A stretch of 64,000 nucleotides of DNA, taken from assembly GCA_010093745.1 (NCBI GenBank), contig MU005990.1:1-64000 (forward strand), written 5' to 3'. This DNA is from Piedraia hortae CBS 480.64. Taxonomy: Eukaryota. Positions within the stretch are counted from its first letter, which is position 1. Every line of letters begins with the position of its first letter. This document shows positions 21,640-33,100 of the stretch, piece after piece. The notes beneath the pieces were generated by a model that worked only from the letters and a program-made list of their open reading frames with translations, did not search any database and was not told the DNA's origin. A program made the position numbers and the translations under genes.

Positions 21640-22150
21640 TTAAGTCAAGAAGTCGGACGGAAAAACAGGTTGTCCAGATGAGTAGTGTGTGAAGTTGTCC
21701 GACATTGTTCGTATGAATGATCGCCAACTATTTGGCCTCCAGAACTCACTTTCGTGATGCTTCTCGTGAAATCCTCCGAAGCCCATTTGCATCTTGATGT
21801 CTGACGCCACGATATTGGAAAATACGTCCACTGGGCCCAGAAAAGACACATCCTCTTGACTTTTCATGGAAGGTCCATGATCCTTGGAGAGTTTATCCGC
21901 TCGGAGCGACATGGTTCGTTTCTCCATCTTCTCAACGATGAGTATGGCACTGTTCCGCTCCTTCGGCCGAGAAAGCGAACGGGATAGATGTTCGAATTTC
22001 CGGTGGAGATCCGGAACCGGAATATCTGAAAGGAAGCAGTCGTATGGTGCACCCCGCCTTCAATCCACCTTTGTAATATCCGTCGCTCAAGCTGAATAGA
22101 GGGACCGCGGCGTAAATATAACTCACGGTCTCGCCATAAGCCTTTCATTG
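21640..22150 (-). pseudogene. Frameshifted remnant of a probable TE-associated fungal protein
   Basis: Short broken ORFs including MGFGGFHEKHHESEFWRPNSWRSFIRTMSDNFTHYSSGQPVFPSDF, which resembles repeat-associated fungal hypothetical proteins. Family not confirmed. Confidence 0.35.
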
Positions 22151-22676
22151 CGCCAAAGAGTTTCGTGTTGTGGTTACGAGTGACTTGTTCTGTAGACCAC
22201 GTAACGGAAACTGGTCCCTATTTTGGTACGGAATCTGTACCGATATATTGCAAGTGTTAACGTGTCAAGCTGCATTTATAGCTGTGAAAGTGCGCTGGAG
22301 AAGATGAGGGCTGACATTCCCGTGGTTCCCTCGCTCAAGATGGCGGACTTCAAACCAATATCACGCCTTCCCTAGGCTATTAACAGAAAAATCCAGCTTA
22401 ATAGCAGTTTCCAGAATTTTCGACAGTAGTTCAATTTACATTGTTTTGTGTTTTGGTCTTGGCCGAAATTTGAGTGAATGCCTGGCGCCAAGGCCGCGGA
22501 CCGCAATCCGCGCCAGCCAATGACATTTGCCCGATGCCCGTCCCTTGTGACCTTGTGTGCGAGTCTCTCGGTCTCATCGTTTGGCGAATGGAGTCTGTGA
22601 CTGGCTATAAAGTGATGCTGGTCAGCAGAGGTTGGCGAAGAATTTGTGGCCCAAAAACTTGACTTTTAGCGACAAC

Positions 22677-23717
22677 ATGGAATCACGAAGCAGCGATAGT
22701 AGCCACAGCACCATCGTGTTGCCGCGCTGGCAGCCAGACCACGAGGTAGGCACCTGCCCAGTCTGTGGCTCTGGCTTTGGCTTCTTAACACGTCGACATC
22801 ACTGTCGCAAGTGTGGACGAGTGGTGTGCAATGCCTGCTCTTTGCATCGCATCACCATTCCCCACCAGTACATAGTGAGACCTCCCGTCCCGGCCGGTGA
22901 AAGGGTAGAGAGGCCACCATCATCAGCAGGCGGCGAAACGGTTCGCGTATGCAATCCTTGTGTGCCTGATCCGTGGACACCAGCCACCCCTCGTGGCGAA
23001 GGAGAAGGCGTGAGGCGTGATTCCTCTCCCACTGAACGTGCTGAAGAATCTCGTCAATATACTCCTACATCTATGAACAGCGGAGGTCTAGCCCCTAGCA
23101 GCAGCAACACGACACGGGGATCTGCTCCGGTACACGTCCCCAACACCACTGCCGTGCCAACTCCTAGCAGGACTTCCATTCACAGCCGGCGTAACAACAA
23201 CGTCGACTCATCATCTGCGCCTATCTCCCGAAGCCGACTGTTTCGGCCATCTTCGTCGCTCCCTCCAATACCCCAGGTAGCAGCCGGACCACGAAGAGCG
23301 CTCCGAGAAGAGGACGAGTGTCCCGTCTGTGGCTGTGAGCTCCCTGCTGGCACCCAGGAACGTGAGGACCACATCCAACGGTGCATTGCCGAACGTTTTG
23401 CTTCACCCAGCTCTGCTAGCATTCGTCCTAATTCTGCAGCTACCCAATTAGGCTCCACGCCGCCTGTGGGCAGCCGAGCGAGGGCCACGAGCTCTTATCA
23501 CTCCCGTGGAATGGCGGTGTATAGAGCAACGGAAAAGGATTGCGTGGATGCAGATGGCAACCAACAAGAGTGCGTTATCTGTTTTGAGGAGTTTCAGCCT
23601 GGTGATGAGCTTGGTCGGATGGAATGTTTGTGCAAGTTTCATAGGATGTGCATCCGTCAATGGTGGTTGAGGAAAGGGGCGGGGAGTTGTCCAACCCACC
23701 AGTTGCAGGAAGAGTGA
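22677..23717 (+). CDS. FYVE + RING-H2 protein (Pib1-like E3 ligase)
   Basis: WQPD...CPVC...RRHHCRKCGRVVCNACS...VRVCNPC (FYVE), a middle CPVC...HIQRC finger, and C-terminal CVICFEEF...CLCKFHRMC...CPTH (RING). Confidence 0.92.
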   Translation: MESRSSDSSHSTIVLPRWQPDHEVGTCPVCGSGFGFLTRRHHCRKCGRVVCNACSLHRITIPHQYIVRPPVPAGERVERPPSSAGGETVRVCNPCVPDPWTPATPRGEGEGVRRDSSPTERAEESRQYTPTSMNSGGLAPSSSNTTRGSAPVHVPNTTAVPTPSRTSIHSRRNNNVDSSSAPISRSRLFRPSSSLPPIPQVAAGPRRALREEDECPVCGCELPAGTQEREDHIQRCIAERFASPSSASIRPNSAATQLGSTPPVGSRARATSSYHSRGMAVYRATEKDCVDADGNQQECVICFEEFQPGDELGRMECLCKFHRMCIRQWWLRKGAGSCPTHQLQEE

Positions 23718-23957
23718 TGGGGAGTGGTGCTGATCAAGAACCTATAGTAGCTTTACTGATGATTAAATGACCATGAGGATATCCAAACAGAGACTCGCAG
23801 TCAAAGTCCAACATGTGCACCTGCGTGTGCATCAACAATCATTGAGCCCGTGAACGCTGAACGAGGAATGCAAGCGATAACGAGAAAGTCCACATACCTG
23901 AAAACGAACCTACAAAAGTAGCTTGCCAATCATCACCCCGACCTCAGTGTACCCAAC

Positions 23958-25693
23958 CTAAATCACACTATTCTCCCGCACCTTGGTCATCTCAAACCCC
24001 TCAAAGTCCCTCTCAAGCACATCCCTCAACGTCTTCAAGTAATCCTTCAACTCACCCGCATAATTCATCGCCTCTCTCGGCTTTCCCGGAATATTTGTCC
24101 CTACACAGCCGTCAGCAAAGATTCTTCTCACCCCAAAACATTTAACCCACCCATATACCACCCCTCAACCCTATCCCTCAACGTCAGCGCATGAATCCTC
24201 CTAATCATCTCCGACCACTGCTTTTCCGCCTCCTCCTTGGCCTCAATCCTCCCAAACCCCCTCTGCTTCATCCTCTGCATCACCGACAGAATCCACTCAG
24301 CCTGCGGCTCCACAAGGCTCGGTCCATTAACATACGCCGTCGGCGAATGCGGCCCATACGTGAAGAAAAAGTTCGGAAACCCATGCACCGCCATACCCAG
24401 GTACGTCCACGTATACCTCTTCCACTTCTCCACAAGCGTAATACCGTCAACCCCGATGAAGTCCACTTCTTTGATACTCCCCGTGCCGGTATCAAATCCC
24501 GTCGCTAGCGCAATGACATCGCATTCGTGGACCTTCCCATCTGCGGTTACGATTCCTTTCTCAGTGAGGTGGGTTATCGGGTTAGATTTTACATCGATGA
24601 GGGTAACGTGCGGCTTATCCATTTGTTCATAATAGTCTTGTTCGAGGCTGGGACGTTTCCCCCCAAACGGGTGAGGAGCTATTTCGGGGATGAGGAGGGA
24701 TTTTTTGTACGGGTCTGTCATGCGCGAGCGGGTTTTTCTGGCCCAGAAGTCGTAGAGATGATTGTTGGTGGATTCGTTGGTGAGCATGTCGGTGTAGGTG
24801 AATAGAGGCTCGAAACCGCCGCGTTGCCAGACGGACTCAAATACTGCTTCGCGTTGTGCAGGGGTATCGTCGGTCCCGGCACGGGTGGGAGTGGGCCAGT
24901 TGAATCCACCGGTGTTTTCGAAGCGTTTGTGTGAGAGGATCTCGTGGAGGGTTTCGGCGTCTTGTTTGATTTGGGTTGGGTCGATGGGACTTTGGCGCAT
25001 GGGGAGGCAGAGGTTTGGTGTGCGGACAAAGGCTGTTAGGTGCGAGGCTTCTTTGCTGAATTCTTGGGCGATTTGGATTCCTGTCGCCCCCGTGCCGACG
25101 ACGGCGACAGATTTGGATTTGATGTTGACGCCGTCTTGGGGCCAGAAGGAGGAGTGGCATATAAAGCCTTGGAATTTGTCGAAGCCGGGCCAGTCCGGAA
25201 AATGGCGTCGGGCGGCGAAACCGACGCAGCTGATGAGGAAGTGGCAGCTTATGGTTGTGCCGTCGTCGCAGGTGACGTGCCAGCGGTTTGAGGAGGCGTT
25301 GAAGGTGGCTTCGGTTACTTTGGTGTTGAAGATTACATCTCGGCTGATGTCGAGGACTTTGTCGACGTGTTTGAAGTATTCTTTTAGTTCTGCTGAGCTG
25401 GGGTATTTTTCTTTCCAGACCCAGCCGTCGTATAGTTGGGGAATGGACATTTGATAGACGGGATATGGGCTGTCTACTCGAGCTCCGGGATAGCTGTTCC
25501 ATGCCCATGTTCCTCCTAACATGTTCCCTGCTTCGATGATCTTCATGCCGGTGAACCCCTCCTCTCTCATCCGGTGCAGTAGGTAGATGCCAGCAAACCC
25601 CGCACCAACGATGCAGACTTCAAGATCAAGATGTTGTGCATTGCTGGTGTCTTGACGGGTGCCAGTACCATTCGTGCCAAGGGATCTCTGCAT
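23958..25693 (-). CDS. Baeyer-Villiger monooxygenase (cyclohexanone/cyclopentanone monooxygenase family)
   Basis: GAGFAG, GGTWAWNSYPGARVD, BVMO fingerprint FQGFICHSSFWP, second Rossmann motif GTGATG, and ATGF. Intron 24150-24101 joins ...GWYMG|TNIPGKPRE. Confidence 0.94.
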
Positions 25694-26451
25694 GATGAAG
25701 ATGAAGACGGTCTCTTTTGATGGATTAGAGCAGACGGAGATCCCAGAGGCACCGCATTTGAGCTCCAGGTGAGGGGAAGCTGGTCATGCGTCGAGGGGCC
25801 GGGTACCCAAGACAGGATACGTTTGTCATCCCAAGCCATTTGTTCCTTGTGGCTGTGTCTGAGTGATCGGCTTACGATCCATCCAGCATTGAATAACTCG
25901 ATGCAAGCGATGTTACACTGTTTGTATCGTCTGTCGGCCGTTTCAATCTGGACAGTCAGGGGACAAGCTTCGTCTGTCTTCCAGCAAGATGCTGGTCATT
26001 GTCCCACGGATTCGGTCAGTGACCAAGGCTTCTCTTGCACGTCTAGGTAGTGGTGTTGGAATACTTTCCGTGCTCAGCTAGGTTTGACAGCTATCTAGCC
26101 TGTTCTTCCTAAGTAGCAAAACATGTCAATTTTGACAACCACCGTTCAACGTCCGCTGCTCCCACCAGCTTAATGCCACCATCTCAAGTCATTCATTTCG
26201 AAGAAAATGCAGCTTGAGCCTCGATAGTTGCTAACAACCTGTCTCTGTTACACTTGGCCTCAGTCTTATCACCTCTAGGGTCCCGTGACCAAAATGGCGT
26301 GACTAGCGCAGCCCCTCGTTGGCTTTTGGCGCACGTTTGGGGCGGGGAACGGCCGGGAACGGGCACAATTGTTGCCTGCACAAGACGCATAATTGCGCCC
26401 CAACAGAGGGATGCGCCAACCAGGACTTTTGCACCCAAAGGTTTAATTGAA

Positions 26452-26501
26452 ACGCGTCAAGGACGCGTCTGGCAACGGGCGACGCGTATGATTCGCGGAA
26501 A
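26452..26501. promoter_or_regulatory. Cluster of MCB (MluI cell-cycle box) elements upstream of Rad53
   Basis: ACGCGT at 26452, 26463 and 26482, plus TTCGCGGAAA at about 26492, roughly 320 bp upstream of the kinase ATG. Confidence 0.65.
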
Positions 26502-26806
26502 TTTTACCCGAACCGTCCGCGGCCGTGGACATTTCTCGGGATATTTATCATACAAACTTGGGTCCCAGAGTCCAGCTGGGAATTGATTGCAGACACATGG
26601 GCCAGGATAGACCACAACGGGAAGGAAAGAGTCGATAGAATTACTGGGAGGCTCTCGTAGGCAGGACTGGAAGCTCAAGAACTGAATTCTTGAGTCTTGG
26701 GAATCGCTACCGGCGATTTCACAGCAATAACCAGTCCCGTTTTCTTTTCCTTTTCCCCATCTATATCTGTAGCGTTCAGTCGGCTTAAAGGTCTCCGCTG
26801 GACAGA

Positions 26807-29623
26807 ATGGATGAGGATCCGACCCAGCCGAGCACGCAAATTCAAGTCCATCGCGACCATTCAGACCTCAGCAATGCCGACGTTGCTGATGTAATGTGTA
26901 TACTGCATCCATGCACTCCAGCTTCTTTCAAAGTGGTTGCCCACACGGCCGTGAACAATCCCCAGCTCGTTCTCCGGAAAGACAAGTACAGAGACATGGA
27001 CGATGGCCTGACTCAGAGCAAGCTGGAAGAACAAGAGACGTTCATCCTCAACAGTGGTGGACCAGGCCATATCTTAGACTTGGTGTTGCGATTCTCAGCC
27101 AAGGCCATGAATCCCTCCCTTGGCTTCATGTTCGGCCGGAGCCCAAGACACTGTGACGTTGTACTGTCAACCGACAGCAACAAACGTGTCAGCAATCTGC
27201 ACTTTGCCATCTACAGCAACGATGCTGGCGTTCTGCTGTTGCAGGATCATTCCACAAATGGCACCATGGTTGACGATGTCTTACTCAAAGGCAAATTCAA
27301 GACAGCCGTGGGTCCCCAAACGAGAATGCTGAACACGGGATCGATCATTCAGATCTTGTCTCCCCAGGCTGATGAAATTCTCAAATTCGTTGTACGCATC
27401 CCATCCCGAGAAGGTCACCTTGCGGAATACACCAAGCGGATACAAGAATACCTAAAGCAAAGGGAAATCGCAATGGAGGGACCGGATGGACAGAACAGCG
27501 ACCTCACGCGTTTGATTGCTGCACGGCCAAGGGCTGGTCCCTGCAAAGCCCCTTATGCGCGGCAAAGACAAGGCATGTCCTGGAGCGGCGGCGACAAGTA
27601 TAACGTGCTTGGACATATCGGTAGTGGAGCGTTTGCCAACGTCTGGCAACTGGCGACCAAGAGCGAGGGCAAGTTGTTTGCAGCAAAGGAGCTAGAAAAG
27701 CGTCGATTTATGAAGAACGGGGTGCTGGATCGGAAGCTCAGCAACGAGATGAAGATTATGCAATCAATCAGCCATCCTCATATCGTACAGTTCATCGATT
27801 ACGTGGACCATATCGATCACATGTACATCATCATGGAGTTTGTTCCTGGGGGAGACTTGCAGAAATATCTCCAAGTTTTTGGTATGTTGGCGGAAAATGT
27901 TGGGAAGACGATGGCTGCACAGGTTCTGGATGCACTGGGCTACCTGCACTCCAAAAAGGTCACGCACCGCGACATCAAGCCCGACAATATCCTCATTTTC
28001 AATCTCGATGCTGAGAATTTCAACGTCAAACTCTCGGATTTTGGGCTGTCCAAGGTGGTCAGAGACGAAGACGCGACCTTTCTCAAGACATTTTGCGGCA
28101 CTTTGCTTTACTGTGCTCCAGAAGTCTTTCCTCAGTATGACGCTCATGCAAACGTGCGAGGTCAGAAGCGGCAACGCAAGTCCAGCTTACAGACGACCAA
28201 GTTCCACAGCTACAGCCAATCTGTAGACATTTGGTCCTTTGGTGCTGTGCTGTGGTATTCGCTTTGTCTTGAGCCTCCGTTTGAGGGAATTGCCGATCCT
28301 CATGGGAATCGCATGTTCGCTCGAATCATGAATACGCCATTGGATACTACACAACTGACCAAGAAAGGCATCTCGGACGACGGCATTGCGCTTCTGACCT
28401 CGATGCTGAACACCGATCCTGCATCGAGGCCACTTCCACATGATTGTTTACAGCATAGTTGGTTCGGCAATCAACAGGCAAAGGCAGGTGCCCTCCCTCT
28501 TCTCCCCGGCTTACGCGCAATCGTCGAAGAAGAGGAAGAAAACGCTGCTCCAGAAGCACAGGGCCTCGCGGGCCTGAGTCTATACGACTATCAAGGAGAG
28601 AGAAGCCAAGAAGACAGTTTCGACGAAGTGAGCATCCACGCTGGTTCGCTGAGATTCTTCGATCCAAGACAATCCAAACGGTTCAAATCAGAGGCATTTG
28701 CCTATCGTGAACAACCAGACCGTTCCAGCGCCGAGTGGCTGCCTGCCATATCCGAGAACGGCCTCCGAGAAGAAAGCCCACTACTCCCTGACCTACCCGG
28801 GAAAGACTTCAATCCGACAGCCAGCACGGGGAAAGACACCAAAACCCGCCCCCCCTCAACACCAAAGGACGGCCCGTCCTCATCCCCCAAAGGCCCCAAC
28901 CTTTCCACCACTTCCCAACCAAATCTCATCCACTCCCCCAGCCTCGAAGGCGCAGCCTCTCTCATGCGCGAAATCCACATGAAATCACGCACAACCTCTC
29001 CGGCTGTGGAACTCCACACCCCACCCAACAACGAAAGCCTCACCTCATCACAAACCACACCCAAACCCGCGCCCTTTAACCGACGCATCGCCCTCCCCCC
29101 ACCAACTACACCTTCCGTTCCCCAACCCCCCCGCGTCCTAGGAACACTAACCTCGACCCCCGATTCCTTCACCCCCCTAACCCTCGCCCTAACCACCCGC
29201 ACCACAACCTGGGGCCGCGCACCGAACAACACACACGTGTACCCCGACCGTCTGGACACGCGGATCCCCAAGCGGGGAATCATGATCTGGTTCCACGCCG
29301 TGGGGATCGAAGACGTCCCCGAATCCAGCCCCTGGACGGAGATGCCAGACCTCCACTGTGTAGTCTCAACGGAAAGTCATCGTGGGATCTGGATCAATGG
29401 GGTTCATTTGGTTAACGACGAGCCGGGGAAGTGGAAGTTTGGGAGGGTGTTTTCGGGGGATGAGATAACCGTGTATAGGGCCGTGCAGGGGGAGAGGGGG
29501 TTGAGGTTTCGGTGTGAGTTTAAGTTTGGGGAGGGGAGGGACAGGAGGGACCCCCGAGGGGGGAGGTTTGAGGTTTTGAGGGGGTATGCCGATAGACAGA
29601 GGAAGGGGGATGGGGGGGTTTAA
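26807..29623 (+). CDS. RAD53: Checkpoint kinase Rad53/Cds1 (FHA-kinase-FHA)
   Basis: N-terminal TQ sites (DPTQPSTQ), FHA1 (FGRSP...SNLHF...DHSTNGT), kinase motifs GSGAFA/AAKE/HRDIKPDN/DFG/CGTLLYCAPE, and a C-terminal FHA-like region (TTWGRAP...GIWING). Confidence 0.9.
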   Translation: MDEDPTQPSTQIQVHRDHSDLSNADVADVMCILHPCTPASFKVVAHTAVNNPQLVLRKDKYRDMDDGLTQSKLEEQETFILNSGGPGHILDLVLRFSAKAMNPSLGFMFGRSPRHCDVVLSTDSNKRVSNLHFAIYSNDAGVLLLQDHSTNGTMVDDVLLKGKFKTAVGPQTRMLNTGSIIQILSPQADEILKFVVRIPSREGHLAEYTKRIQEYLKQREIAMEGPDGQNSDLTRLIAARPRAGPCKAPYARQRQGMSWSGGDKYNVLGHIGSGAFANVWQLATKSEGKLFAAKELEKRRFMKNGVLDRKLSNEMKIMQSISHPHIVQFIDYVDHIDHMYIIMEFVPGGDLQKYLQVFGMLAENVGKTMAAQVLDALGYLHSKKVTHRDIKPDNILIFNLDAENFNVKLSDFGLSKVVRDEDATFLKTFCGTLLYCAPEVFPQYDAHANVRGQKRQRKSSLQTTKFHSYSQSVDIWSFGAVLWYSLCLEPPFEGIADPHGNRMFARIMNTPLDTTQLTKKGISDDGIALLTSMLNTDPASRPLPHDCLQHSWFGNQQAKAGALPLLPGLRAIVEEEEENAAPEAQGLAGLSLYDYQGERSQEDSFDEVSIHAGSLRFFDPRQSKRFKSEAFAYREQPDRSSAEWLPAISENGLREESPLLPDLPGKDFNPTASTGKDTKTRPPSTPKDGPSSSPKGPNLSTTSQPNLIHSPSLEGAASLMREIHMKSRTTSPAVELHTPPNNESLTSSQTTPKPAPFNRRIALPPPTTPSVPQPPRVLGTLTSTPDSFTPLTLALTTRTTTWGRAPNNTHVYPDRLDTRIPKRGIMIWFHAVGIEDVPESSPWTEMPDLHCVVSTESHRGIWINGVHLVNDEPGKWKFGRVFSGDEITVYRAVQGERGLRFRCEFKFGEGRDRRDPRGGRFEVLRGYADRQRKGDGGV

Positions 29624-29765
29624 CTTGGTGGGTGGGATGTAGGCGTCTAGGGAGAGGAGGGACGGGAGCGTATGAGTGTAGTGGGGAATGTTACTGTATG
29701 AGTGTAGTGAAGAGATGTAACCTTCGAGGAAACTAGGTATTCTTTGAACTACTTTGAAGTTTAAG

Positions 29766-30917
29766 TTACTCTTTCTTGCCCTTAAGCTTAGGCGGTTGGC
29801 CCACCACTACGCCTCTGTACAGCGCATCTCTGACACCTCGTTCTATCCCCTCGCTGAGTTTCACCACCGGACGGTAGCCCAGGCGGGTTTTCGCTTTGTC
29901 GATGTTGTAGTACCGCGTCATGCACGTATATTTTACCTGTCCTCTCGTCAAATTCGGCTTTCCCAGCTTGAAAAGCCAGAATGCGAATTCCATCAGCATC
30001 GCAATCAACAACCCAACATCTTTCGACAAAACCCAGACGTCGCTTGGTTTTGTGCGATCGCCCGCAGCGGCCCACACACTACGCGCGAAATCGAAGAAGT
30101 AGACTGGACTGTCGTTTGTGATGAAGAACGCTTCCCCGTCAACTTTCTCGTGATCTAACGGCGCAGCGAGCCCTGACGTCAAACGCTCATGCGTAGCGAG
30201 GAGGGCAGCCAACGCTAAATGATGCGCGTGCGCTACGTTTGTGATTTCGGTGAAATCGAATAAGTTCTCGTTTGTTCCGATTTGGAATTTGGTTTGGCCG
30301 CGGTAGTAGGCTGATAGGCCGGGTGGGAGGAGTTGCATGTCGCCTTCGCCGAACATAGCGGAGGGGCGGAGGGCACAAGTTAGGAATTTTGATGAGTGAT
30401 TGTTGGATTTGAGGACGTCGAGTTCTGCTTGGGCTTTGGTTGTGGTGTAGTATTCGGGCTGCTTGGGGCCCATCATGAGGGGGTAGGTTTCGTCGGCGTT
30501 GATGAGGTCTGATGTCCCATCGTGGATGACGGATGCGGAGGAGGTGTAGACGAAGGCTTTGACGCCTGTTTCTTGAGCTACGCGGAGGAGGGTCTGGGTG
30601 CCGATGACGTTGACGGCGTGGTAGAGGTCGTTGGTTTTGGGGTTGGAAGATTGGAGGGCGTGGGGACTGGCGGTGTGGATTACGGCGTCGGGGCGGAGTT
30701 TGATGAAGACGGATTGGAGGGTGTCGTAGTCTGTGATGTCTCCTACTTCGTAGTGTACGCCTGAGACTCGATTGGAGGGGTGGCGGAGGTCGAGGGAGGT
30801 GATGCTATCGCAGGCCTTTCGCGATGCGAGAAGAGTGACGATGTGGTTGCCTAGGAACCCCGACCCGCCCGTCACCAGGACGTGGCCTAGTTTGATGTCA
30901 TCGTGGTCTAGCTCCAT
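29766..30917 (-). CDS. ERG26: C-3 sterol dehydrogenase/decarboxylase
   Basis: VTGGSGFLG, VIHTASP, FVYTSSASV, YTTTKA, ALRPSAMFGEGD, GEAFFITND. Confidence 0.93.
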   Translation of the reverse strand: MELDHDDIKLGHVLVTGGSGFLGNHIVTLLASRKACDSITSLDLRHPSNRVSGVHYEVGDITDYDTLQSVFIKLRPDAVIHTASPHALQSSNPKTNDLYHAVNVIGTQTLLRVAQETGVKAFVYTSSASVIHDGTSDLINADETYPLMMGPKQPEYYTTTKAQAELDVLKSNNHSSKFLTCALRPSAMFGEGDMQLLPPGLSAYYRGQTKFQIGTNENLFDFTEITNVAHAHHLALAALLATHERLTSGLAAPLDHEKVDGEAFFITNDSPVYFFDFARSVWAAAGDRTKPSDVWVLSKDVGLLIAMLMEFAFWLFKLGKPNLTRGQVKYTCMTRYYNIDKAKTRLGYRPVVKLSEGIERGVRDALYRGVVVGQPPKLKGKKE

Positions 30918-30994
30918 TGTGTCTTCCTACACACTGCCGTCGTGGGAGGTGGGTTCTCCAAACTAACCCCTCGGAGCCTAGCGCACCCACAACA

Positions 30995-32057
30995 ATGACT
31001 CTGATATACGCCGAATACCTCCCCAACATCAAGACTCTAAACATCCAAATAATCCTTCCCTCGCTAACCAATCCAAGCACTAAACTCTCTCTCTCCCCCG
31101 ATAACACCTATCTCACTCTCCAACACAACAGCGAAACAACAACCCTCAACCTCCCCGCCCATCCTACCTCACAACCCCTACCAATCCCCTCCAAGCCGGT
31201 CACAGAACTAAATTACCGCCTCCCCGCTCTCTGCCCGGATACCCCCTCGCCCACCATCCCCTGGACCGCACAGGACCTAACACAAACTACATCAATCCTC
31301 TGCTCCTCCTGCAAAGCGACCCTCCTCCCCTGCGGAGCAGTCAAAACATGGAAAAACCTCCCATCGGAGCACTGGGCGGACATGATGGATCTGTGGCATT
31401 GTCATAAGCCGCTCGGGGGTGCTGCTACAATCGCTGAGAGGAGGTTGGTTATTGAGAAGGGAGTTGGGTTGGTTGATTTGATGGATATCGTAATCGATCA
31501 GACTGACTGCATGGACGTCAAGGTCAGTTTTTTTCTCCTGGGAGGGTTCGAACTTGAAAACAGCTGAGACGAGCTAACAGTGCTAGATTAATGCGACGCA
31601 TGCTCTCTGCGGGACTTGCGGGGAGGTGATAGGGATGAAGAGGGTTGAGGATGGTGTTTGGTTAAGGAAGCCTTTCCTATCAGTTTCGCTTTCGCCAGCT
31701 AGAAAAGGGGATTGTTTTCCGCTGGAGAATTGGCTTGCGGAGTTTATTCTGCAAGAGGTTGAGTGGCAGGGCGTGAGGAAGTTTGTGGTTGAGGGGAGTG
31801 GGGAGGCGCTGAGAATTTGGGCTTTTGCAATGGAGAATTTGGTAAGTTCTTCGATGTGGGACAAGCCGGGGAGGGTTGTTAAGGTTTTGTGGTGCGAGAT
31901 TGAGAAGGATGGTAGACAGGAGGGTCTTTTGATGGGGGAGATTGGGTTGAGGGAGACGCCGCAGTTGAGAGATTTGTTAAAGGAGAGTGCAGTTGCGTTG
32001 CCGGAGAGTATGAGGGTTTTTCAAGGATGGAGGGTTGGGTTGTTGAGGAGGTTTTGA
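30995..32057 (+). CDS. HECT-like E2-binding protein (UBE3D/Ipa1 family)
   Basis: MTLIYAEYLPNI, CSSC...WKNLPSEHWADMMDLWHCHKP, second CxxC (CGTC), and end LPESMRVFQGWRVGLLRRF. Intron 31523-31586. Confidence 0.85.
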
Positions 32058-32131
32058 TGGCTTGGGGGTTGGTATACGACTATCCTGCTATACAATTGGG
32101 GGGAACGTTCGGATTGAGTCGATGGCATGAC

Positions 32132-33100
32132 TCAAAGATGAGAGTTCTTCGACGTCAACTGCTTGACGTGGTCAAAAAGATGTTGCCAAGAGCCGTGGGT
32201 TTTTGGCTGCATCTTAGGCTCCATGGCCTTGGCTTGGTGCGAGGATCCAAAAGTGGCCACCAGGGTGAGGTAATCCTTGCTGACCTCCTTCTGGGCATGC
32301 TCGGTCGTTGTGTTGCCATCGGCACTGAGGAATCGCTTCTCATTAAGATCAAACGTCTTGGACAGCTTTCCCGACCTCTCAAGTTCTTCCATGTGCCGTG
32401 CAATCTCTGCCGCCATGTTTGCTCGAAATTCGCTATCCGTGGGCGAACAGTTGCTCTTCTTGTCGGGGTTGATGCTAACAAGCATTGTGGGTTTCTTGGA
32501 CCACACAGCAGACATCCACCGACTCTGACGACTCTTTTCCTTGGTCTCCTCTTTTAGGGTCTCCCCGTTCCAAGTCGAGCTTCGAACAACGGTTGCTTTC
32601 TTTTCTGCATTGTCTCGATGTAGAGGTAGCGTATTCACCCGCGAGCCCGAAACACTGCGCCAGTTGCGAAATCTGCTACTGCCAAGGGCAGACTTCTCAT
32701 CAAAATCGTATGCCGAGTCTTTTCTCGACCGAATGCTCAGCTTGCGTGACAACCGAATCAGACGAGAACTCAGCCTCCGTCTCCAAGTCGGTGGTTTATC
32801 TACAATAAAATCCTCATCGTCAAGAACGCTTGACCAATCGCTTGCAATGCTCTCCACTCCGTCCTCTGAAATCGGATCCGCCAGATAAACATGCTTGCGC
32901 CTTGAAGCTGGAAAATGCTGGGCATCTGTCGACTTTGTCAAAGGCGATATGCTGGTGGTTGGGCTGAGTTTGGAGGAACCGGCAGTGGACCAGTCGGTTA
33001 GGATACTCAGTATCCCTTGGTCCTCTTCATCCAGATCTACCGTCATCGCATCTTGGGTATCTGTCTGCATGACAATCGATATGGGTTCCAACGCCCACAA
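32132..33100 (-). CDS. Hypothetical Ser/basic-rich protein
   Basis: 322-aa intact ORF with an ATG start filling the gap between genes; no recognisable domain. Confidence 0.55.
   Translation of the reverse strand: MWALEPISIVMQTDTQDAMTVDLDEEDQGILSILTDWSTAGSSKLSPTTSISPLTKSTDAQHFPASRRKHVYLADPISEDGVESIASDWSSVLDDEDFIVDKPPTWRRRLSSRLIRLSRKLSIRSRKDSAYDFDEKSALGSSRFRNWRSVSGSRVNTLPLHRDNAEKKATVVRSSTWNGETLKEETKEKSRQSRWMSAVWSKKPTMLVSINPDKKSNCSPTDSEFRANMAAEIARHMEELERSGKLSKTFDLNEKRFLSADGNTTTEHAQKEVSKDYLTLVATFGSSHQAKAMEPKMQPKTHGSWQHLFDHVKQLTSKNSHL

Noticed and set aside
23958..25693. BVMO as part of a secondary metabolite cluster
   Set aside because: No PKS, NRPS, terpene synthase, transporter or cluster-specific regulator nearby.
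29173..29195. CCCTAACCCT / CCCTAACC telomere-like motifs
   Set aside because: They lie inside the Rad53 coding sequence (PLTLALT) in a C-rich skew block. The similar AGGGTTAGG near 59623 has no evident structural context.
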